Assembly (NCBI RefSeq): GCF_042660085.1
Contig: NZ_JBHSTI010000051.1
Span: 1 to 32,000 of the forward strand
Direction of reading: 5' to 3'
Length of the DNA stretch: 32,000 nucleotides
DNA from: Longivirga aurantiaca
Lineage (GTDB): Bacteria > Actinomycetota > Actinomycetes > S36-B12 > CAIYMF01
Shown: positions 26,678 through 32,000 of the stretch, piece by piece
Position numbering within the stretch: position 1 is the stretch's first letter
Layout of the letters: every line of letters begins with the position of its first letter
Notes under the pieces: model-generated
Seen by the model: the letters and a program-made list of their open reading frames with translations, nothing else
Told to the model about the DNA's origin: nothing
Database searches by the model: none
Program-made: the position numbers and the translations under genes

Positions 26678-27622
26678 ATGACGAACAAGCGCACGGATGG
26701 CCTCGCCGTTGACGACCTGATGCTCACCGACGGCGGACTCGAGACGGTCCTGGTGTTCCACGAGGGCATCGACCTCCCCGCGTTCGCCGCCTTCCCGCTC
26801 CTGGACTCCGCCGAGGGCCGCGACGCCCTTCTGCGCTACCACCGCGAGTTCCTGACGATCGCGGCCGACGCTGGTGCGGGCTATGTGCACGAGACCCCGA
26901 CCTGGCGCGCGAACCCGGCATGGGGGGCCGAGGTCGGCTACTCGGCGGACGGTCTGCGCCGGATCGCGTTCGACTCGGTCGCGTTCGGCACGTCGCTGCG
27001 CGATGAGTGGTCGGGCACCGGCGGCTTCCTCGTCAGCGGCTGCATCGGTCCGCGCGGCGACGGCTACGTGCCGGGTACGACGATGACGCCCGACCAGGCC
27101 GCGGCCTACCACCGCACGCAGGTCGGCGATCTCGCCGATGCCGGGGTCGACCTCGTCACGTCGTTCACCCTCCCGTACGCCGACGAGGGCACGGGGCTCG
27201 TCGCGGCGGCGGCGGAGGCCGGCGTGCCCGTGGTCGTGGGCTTCACGCTTGAGACGGACGGTCGGCTGCCGTCGGGGGAATCGCTGGGGGAGGCGATCGA
27301 AGCGGTGGACGCCGCGACGGGCGGATACGCGTCGTGGTTCATGGTCAACTGCGCGCACCCCGAGCACGTGCTCCCCGCCCTCGACGGGAGCGCTGCGTGG
27401 GCCTCCCGGATCGGCGCACTGCGTGCGAACGCGTCACGCATGACCCACGCCGAGCTCGACGAGGCCGAGGTGCTCGACGACGGCGACCCGGACGACCTGG
27501 CGCGCGGTTACGTCGACCTCGCCCGGCTGCTGCCCGGACTGCGGGTGGTGGGCGGATGCTGCGGCACGGACGCCCGCCACGTGGCCGCCATCGGTGCGGC
27601 GATGACGCGCGCGGCCGGCTGA
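26678..27622 (+). CDS. Homocysteine S-methyltransferase family protein
   Basis: LTDGGLETVL N-terminus, MVNCAHPEHVLP, zinc motif VVGGCCGTDARHV. Confidence 0.9.
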   Translation: MTNKRTDGLAVDDLMLTDGGLETVLVFHEGIDLPAFAAFPLLDSAEGRDALLRYHREFLTIAADAGAGYVHETPTWRANPAWGAEVGYSADGLRRIAFDSVAFGTSLRDEWSGTGGFLVSGCIGPRGDGYVPGTTMTPDQAAAYHRTQVGDLADAGVDLVTSFTLPYADEGTGLVAAAAEAGVPVVVGFTLETDGRLPSGESLGEAIEAVDAATGGYASWFMVNCAHPEHVLPALDGSAAWASRIGALRANASRMTHAELDEAEVLDDGDPDDLARGYVDLARLLPGLRVVGGCCGTDARHVAAIGAAMTRAAG

Positions 27623-27629
27623 GACTGGT

Positions 27630-28085
27630 CTAGGGCTGGCGGAGCCGGTCGAGGAGCTTGTCGAGCCGGGCGAGGTCTGTGCCGCTGAAGCCGTCGAAGA
27701 TCTCGTGCAGCTCGGCAGCATGGATGGCGGCGGCCCGCTCGACGACGTCGTGACCCTGCGGGGTGACGACGGCCCAGATCACGCGCCGGTCGTGAGGAGC
27801 GGGCACCCGCTCGAGGTAGCCGGCCTCCACGATGCGGTCGACGAGCCGCGTGACCCCGCCCGTGGTGAGCGCGAGCTGGGCCGAGAGCTCGCTCATCATG
27901 AGCCGCTCCTCGGGGGAGCGCGCGACCCGCAGCAGCACCTCGAACCACGTGAGCGGTAGGTCGGCCTCGGCCTCGAGCGTGCGGGCGAGCCGGCGCTCCA
28001 TGCCGCTGAACGCCTCGAGGAGGCGTCCGAACGTGGTGATGAGCGGATCGTCGATGGCGCGCGGCACGTCCGGTACCTTACTCAT
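27630..28085 (-). CDS. MarR-family transcriptional regulator
   Basis: LTWFEVLLRVARSPEERLMMSELSAQLALTTGGVTRLVDRIVEAGYLERVPAPHDRRVIWAVVTPQG. Confidence 0.92.
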   Translation of the reverse strand: MSKVPDVPRAIDDPLITTFGRLLEAFSGMERRLARTLEAEADLPLTWFEVLLRVARSPEERLMMSELSAQLALTTGGVTRLVDRIVEAGYLERVPAPHDRRVIWAVVTPQGHDVVERAAAIHAAELHEIFDGFSGTDLARLDKLLDRLRQP

Positions 28086-28091
28086 CAACGT

Positions 28092-28103
28092 CTGACACGT
28101 CAG
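28092..28103. promoter_or_regulatory. Candidate MarR operator
   Basis: CTGAC-AC-GTCAG palindrome between divergent marR-type and VOC genes, abutting the marR-type start. Confidence 0.45.
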
Positions 28104-28165
28104 GGAATTCCACGGCGGGTCCGGCTGTTGCCGTGTCGTCCGTCCCCGCTTCTCCGAGGTGCCCC

Positions 28166-28684
28166 ATGGTCGTCTCCGCCGTCAGGCTCAACCACGCCGT
28201 GCTCCACGTGTCCGACCTCGAGCGCTCGCTCGACTTCTACCAGCGCGTGTTCGGGATGGAGGTCGTCGCGCGGGAGCCCCGCGCCAACGCCGCTTTCCTG
28301 AAGCTGCCGCGCAGCGGCAACCACCACGACCTCGGCCTCTTCGGCATCGGCGGCTCGTACGGGCCGAAGCGCCCGGGCATCGGGCTCTACCACCTCGCCT
28401 GGCAGGTCGACACCATCGACGAGCTCCAGGACGCGCAGGTGGTGCTCGCCGAGGCGGGCGCCCTCGTGGGCGAGTCGAGCCACGGTGCGACCAAGAGCCT
28501 CTACGCGCAGGACCCGGACGGCAACGAGTTCGAGGTCATGTGGATGCTGCCGCGCTCGGAGTGGGGTGCGTACGAGAACTCGGCACCCATCGAGCGGCTC
28601 GACCTGCGCGGCGACGTCGAGCGGTGGACCGGCGTCTCGACGTCCGATGAGCTCCGACCTCGGCTCGCCCAGGGCGACGCGTGA
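28166..28684 (+). CDS. VOC-superfamily (glyoxalase/dioxygenase-like) protein
   Basis: LNHAVLHVSDLERSLDFYQRVFGMEVV, GLYHLAWQVDTIDEL, SLYAQDPDGNEFEVMW. Confidence 0.9.
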   Translation: MVVSAVRLNHAVLHVSDLERSLDFYQRVFGMEVVAREPRANAAFLKLPRSGNHHDLGLFGIGGSYGPKRPGIGLYHLAWQVDTIDELQDAQVVLAEAGALVGESSHGATKSLYAQDPDGNEFEVMWMLPRSEWGAYENSAPIERLDLRGDVERWTGVSTSDELRPRLAQGDA

Positions 28685-29313
28685 CCGGCTTCGCCGAGCC
28701 CGTCGTCGCGACTGCCGGGAGCCTCGACCCCGACGCTCCGCTCGTGGTGCTGCTGCACGGCCGCGGCTCGCACGAGGGCGACATCATCGGCCTCGCGCGC
28801 TACCTGCCCGAGGGCCTGGCGTACGCCGCGGTGCGCGCGCCGATCGGCGAGGGCGGCGGATACGCCTGGTTCGCCAACCGCGGCATCGGGCGCCCGGTCG
28901 CGGAGTCGCTGCGCGCCACGATGGACTGGTTCCGCATGTGGCTCGACGCGGCCGCCGGCGAGCGCCCTGTGGTTCTTGTCGGCTTCAGCGGCGGCGCCGC
29001 GTTCGCCGGCGGCCTCGTGCTGGACGACCCGTCGCGGTACGCCGGGGCAGCCGTGCTGTTCGGCACCGTCCCCTTCGACGCCGGCGTGCCCGTGACCGAT
29101 GGCCGGCTCGACGGCGTGCCGGTGCTCGTCGTCCAGGGCGACGACGACACCGTGATCCCGCGCGACCTGCTCGACCGGACCTGGGCCTACGTCACCGGCG
29201 AGTCCCGGGCCGCGGCCACCACGCACCGCTCGCCGGGCGGCCACGGCATCGACCAGGGCGCCCTCGGCACCCTGCGCACCTGGCTCACCGCCACCGTGCC
29301 CCGGCACGAGTAG
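28681..29313 (+). CDS. Alpha/beta hydrolase, phospholipase/carboxylesterase type
   Basis: VVLLHGRGSHEGD, VLVGFSGGAAFA nucleophile elbow, VPVLVVQGDDDTVIP, GGHGI; GTGA overlap with the VOC gene. Confidence 0.9.
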   Translation: MTGFAEPVVATAGSLDPDAPLVVLLHGRGSHEGDIIGLARYLPEGLAYAAVRAPIGEGGGYAWFANRGIGRPVAESLRATMDWFRMWLDAAAGERPVVLVGFSGGAAFAGGLVLDDPSRYAGAAVLFGTVPFDAGVPVTDGRLDGVPVLVVQGDDDTVIPRDLLDRTWAYVTGESRAAATTHRSPGGHGIDQGALGTLRTWLTATVPRHE

Positions 29314-29357
29314 CTCGAGCTGCTCGAGGACCGAGAGGCGAGCGGTAGCGTTCCCGC

Positions 29358-29627
29358 GTGACTGTGACGGACGTCCTCGGCTGGGTCGGAGCGCTCGGCG
29401 TGCTCGCGGCGTACGGCCTGCTGACCGTCGGACGCTGGGAGTCCGCGTCGATGCGCTACCAGGGCGCCAACACGGTGTTCGCGGCGCTGCTGCTCGTGTG
29501 GGCGATCTCGATCGCGGCCTGGCAGTCGGCGCTCCTCAACGGGGTCTGGGCCGCGGTCGGCCTGGTCGGCGTCCTGCGGATCCTGCGGCGTCGCTCCGAC
29601 GCCCCGGAACCGCACGTGGGCGACTGA
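29358..29627 (+). CDS. Small integral membrane protein
   Basis: DVLGWVGALGVLAAYGLLTVGRWESASMRYQGANTVFAALLLVWAISIAAWQSALLNGVWAAVGLVGVLRIL; GTG start. Confidence 0.75.
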   Translation: MTVTDVLGWVGALGVLAAYGLLTVGRWESASMRYQGANTVFAALLLVWAISIAAWQSALLNGVWAAVGLVGVLRILRRRSDAPEPHVGD

Positions 29628-29853
29628 TCGCACGTCCGGCGCCTGCTCCGATCGGGCGTCCAAGGTTGCGCCTGGGTCACGACCCGGCGCTTCAGCGCGC
29701 ATCGGCGCTCCGGCGGTGGCACCGTCGGACGCGCACACAACCCGTCAGACCGTCCGACTGGGGAGCCGGCCGCAGGTGCGGCAGGGGGCTTCCCGCGGCG
29801 GTCCGATCGCGGTATCGTGGGAGCGCTCCATCGCCGAGCCACCGATACCAATT

Positions 29854-29867
29854 TGTAATCGGTTGCA
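29854..29867. promoter_or_regulatory. Candidate LacI-family operator O1
   Basis: TGTAATCGGTTGCA matches the palindromic LacI-family pattern TGnAAnCGnTTnCA at all fixed positions. Confidence 0.6.
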
Positions 29868-29920
29868 GACCGGAAACTTCACTGAAACCCCTTGCTTACG
29901 CGCGTGACTCGCAGCAAGAT

Positions 29921-29934
29921 GCGAAACGCTTACA
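29921..29934. promoter_or_regulatory. Candidate LacI-family operator O2 (partial)
   Basis: GCGAAACGCTTACA matches TGnAAnCGnTTnCA at 8 of 10 fixed positions; 67 bp downstream of the first site. Confidence 0.4.
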
Positions 29935-29985
29935 AGCCCGGGGATCAGCCACCCGGACCTCTCAAATCGGCTCGAGGGAGACAGA

Positions 29986-31368
29986 ATGTCCGTTCCCGTC
30001 CGTCGCCGGACTGCCGCCGTTGTCGGTGGCGTCGCGGCTGCCCTGCTTCTTGCTGCCTGTGGCAGCAGTGGTGGTGGCGACTCAACTACCTCGGCTGCGC
30101 CGAGCTCCAGCACCCCCGTCGTGGCGGGCTGCGAGGACTACGCCTCGTACGGCTCGCACCCCGGCACCAAGGTGACCGTCTTCACCTCGATCCTGCCGCC
30201 CGAGCAGCAGAAGTTCGAGGCGTCGTGGGCCCAGTTCGAGAAGTGCACCGGGATCGACGTCGTGTACGAGGGGTCCGACCAGTTCGAGGCCCAGCTGCCG
30301 ACGCGTATCCAGGGTGGTAACGCTCCCGACATCGCGTTCATCCCGCAGCCGGGTCTGCTCCAGAAGCTCGTGCAGCAGGGCGGCCCCAAGCCGGCTCCGC
30401 AGTCGGTCACCGACAACGTGGGCAAGTTCTGGACCGAGGCCTGGAAGAACTACGGCACCGTCGACGGCACGTTCTACGCCGCTCCTCTCAGCGCGAACAT
30501 GAAGTCGTTCGTCTGGTACTCGCCGGCGGTCTTCGCGGAGAAGGGCTACACCGTCCCCACGACGTGGGACGACCTCTTCGCCCTCTCCGACAAGATGGCC
30601 GCTGACGGCATCAAGCCGTGGTGCGGTGGCATCGAGTCCGGTGGCGCCACCGGTTGGCTCGCTACCGACTGGATCGAGCAGCTCGTGCTCCGCCAGCAGG
30701 GTGGCGACGTCTACGACAAGTGGATCTCGCACGAGATCAAGTTCGACTCGCCCGAGATCAAGGAGGCGTTCACGACCCTCGAGGGCTGGATGCGCAACTC
30801 CAAGTACGCGAACGCCGGCTTCGGTGACACGAAGACCATCGCCACCACCGCGTTCCAGGACGGCGGCAAGCCGATCCTCGAGGGCAAGTGCGGCATGTAC
30901 CAGCAGGCGTCGTTCTACGCGAACTTCTGGGTCAACTTCGACAAGACGGCGGAGATCGGCGAGGACAAGGACGTGTTCGCGTTCTACCTCCCGGCGATCA
31001 GCGCCGACGTCACCACCCCGATCGTCGGCGGTGGCGAGTTCGTGACGGCCTTCGCAGACCGTCCCGAGGTCCAGTCGTTCCAGACCTACCTGGCGAGCGA
31101 CACGTTCCACACGCTGAAGGTCAAGGAGGGCACCTGGGTGTCCGCGAACAACGGCGTGCCGCTGGACGCGTACTCCGACCCGATCTCGGCCCTGTCGGCG
31201 AAGTACCTCACCGACTCGACCGCGACCTTCCGGTTCGACGCTTCGGACCTCATGCCGGCTGCTGTCGGTGCGGGTTCGTTCTGGACCGGCATGACGGCCT
31301 TCTTCGGAGAGAACAAGTCCGTGGACGACACCGTCAAGGCGATCGACGCTGCGTGGCCTGCTAGCTGA
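29986..31368 (+). CDS. Carbohydrate ABC transporter substrate-binding lipoprotein
   Basis: Signal peptide and lipobox LLAACGSSG; body typical of family-1 sugar-binding proteins (IQGGNAPDIAFIPQPGLL, KMAADGIKPWCGG, GKCGMYQQASFY). Confidence 0.92.
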   Translation: MSVPVRRRTAAVVGGVAAALLLAACGSSGGGDSTTSAAPSSSTPVVAGCEDYASYGSHPGTKVTVFTSILPPEQQKFEASWAQFEKCTGIDVVYEGSDQFEAQLPTRIQGGNAPDIAFIPQPGLLQKLVQQGGPKPAPQSVTDNVGKFWTEAWKNYGTVDGTFYAAPLSANMKSFVWYSPAVFAEKGYTVPTTWDDLFALSDKMAADGIKPWCGGIESGGATGWLATDWIEQLVLRQQGGDVYDKWISHEIKFDSPEIKEAFTTLEGWMRNSKYANAGFGDTKTIATTAFQDGGKPILEGKCGMYQQASFYANFWVNFDKTAEIGEDKDVFAFYLPAISADVTTPIVGGGEFVTAFADRPEVQSFQTYLASDTFHTLKVKEGTWVSANNGVPLDAYSDPISALSAKYLTDSTATFRFDASDLMPAAVGAGSFWTGMTAFFGENKSVDDTVKAIDAAWPAS

Positions 31369-31417
31369 TCCGGTCACTGCCATCACGTCACGACCAGTCG
31401 TGACGAAGTAGTTCCGG

Positions 31418-31457
31418 CCGGGGCTCGGAAGGGGTAGACACTCCTTCCGGGCCCCGG
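31418..31457 (+). promoter_or_regulatory. Intercistronic stem-loop between binding-protein and permease genes
   Basis: CCGGGGCTCGGAAGG-GGTAGACACT-CCTTCCGGGCCCCGG; 15 bp stem with one non-Watson-Crick position. Confidence 0.75.
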
Positions 31458-31518
31458 TTCACATCCGGGCTCGGAACCGATCGTTGGTTCACGACGCATC
31501 GAGAGGGTGGTCGAGGGG

Positions 31519-32000
31519 ATGGGAAACGCATCCAAACTGGCCTTGATGGCCAGCGTGGTGCTGGTGTTCTTCGGGGTCCTGCTGCTCGTGTTCTTCCTGG
31601 CGGCGCGCACCAGGGGCAAGGTGCAGACTCCGCTCGCACGACTGATCTTCCTGGGGCCGGCAGCGCTGCTGCTCCTCATCGGCCTGGTGATCCCGGCCGT
31701 TCAGACGACGTACCAGAGCTTCCTCGGCCCCGACGGCAAGAAGGTCGTCGGGCTGGCGAACTACCAGTGGATCTTCGGCACCGAGGCCAACTGGGTCTTC
31801 CTGCGCAACACCGCGATCTGGATCGTCATCACACCGATCTTCTCGACTCTCGTCGGCCTGATCCTCGCGTTGCTCATGGACCGCATGCGCCGCGAGTCGC
31901 TGCCCAAGTCGCTCATCTTCATGCCCATGGCCATCTCGTTCGTCGGCGCCTCGATCATCTGGGGTCTCGTCTACGAGTACCGCGACCCTGCGGAGCCCCA
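31519..32000 (+). CDS. Sugar ABC transporter permease (partial, runs off the window)
   Basis: Translation MGNASKLALMASVVLVFFGVLLLVFFLAARTRGK...ARLIFLGPAALLLLIGLVIPAVQTTYQSFLGPDGKKVVGLANYQWIF...FLRNTAIWIVITPIFSTLVGLILALLMDR. Confidence 0.88.
   Translation, partial: MGNASKLALMASVVLVFFGVLLLVFFLAARTRGKVQTPLARLIFLGPAALLLLIGLVIPAVQTTYQSFLGPDGKKVVGLANYQWIFGTEANWVFLRNTAIWIVITPIFSTLVGLILALLMDRMRRESLPKSLIFMPMAISFVGASIIWGLVYEYRDPAEP

Noticed and set aside
24743-27367. 874 aa minus-strand ORF
   Set aside because: Shadow of the STAND regulator and the homocysteine methyltransferase genes; low-complexity Arg/His-rich translation.

Overview
High-GC actinobacterial-type chromosome segment, about 30 supportable genes, mostly recognisable metabolism. 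From left to right: (1) a lipoprotein; (2) a cytochrome P450; (3) a coupled ArsR regulator + SulP anion transporter pair; (4) a PadR regulator + membrane protein pair lying between two direct copies of a ~133 bp block, each holding a long inverted repeat plus the 3' end of an SDR gene; (5) a four-gene minus-strand catabolic operon (SMP-30 lactonase, FAH-family hydrolase, Zn-dependent dehydrogenase, SDR) that resembles an oxidative L-fucose/deoxysugar route; (6) PAP2 phosphatase + diacylglycerol kinase; (7) a respiratory nitrate reductase island (narGHJI with a co-directional SufR-like regulator, two different NarK-type transporters, moeA, and two Cys-rich DUF2249-like paralogues flanking it); (8) a large wHTH-STAND ATPase regulator; (9) homocysteine S-methyltransferase; (10) MarR / VOC / esterase genes; (11) the start of a carbohydrate ABC transporter operon with LacI-type operator-like sites. 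No tRNA, rRNA, CRISPR array, transposase or phage gene was seen. I did not find a clear new biological system. The most unexplained signals are the duplicated SDR-3'-end/inverted-repeat block flanking the PadR module, a second interspersed inverted-repeat family (355-401 and 9555-9611), and the paired Cys-rich DUF2249 proteins. All family names come from reading motifs and overall sequence by eye; no database search was run.
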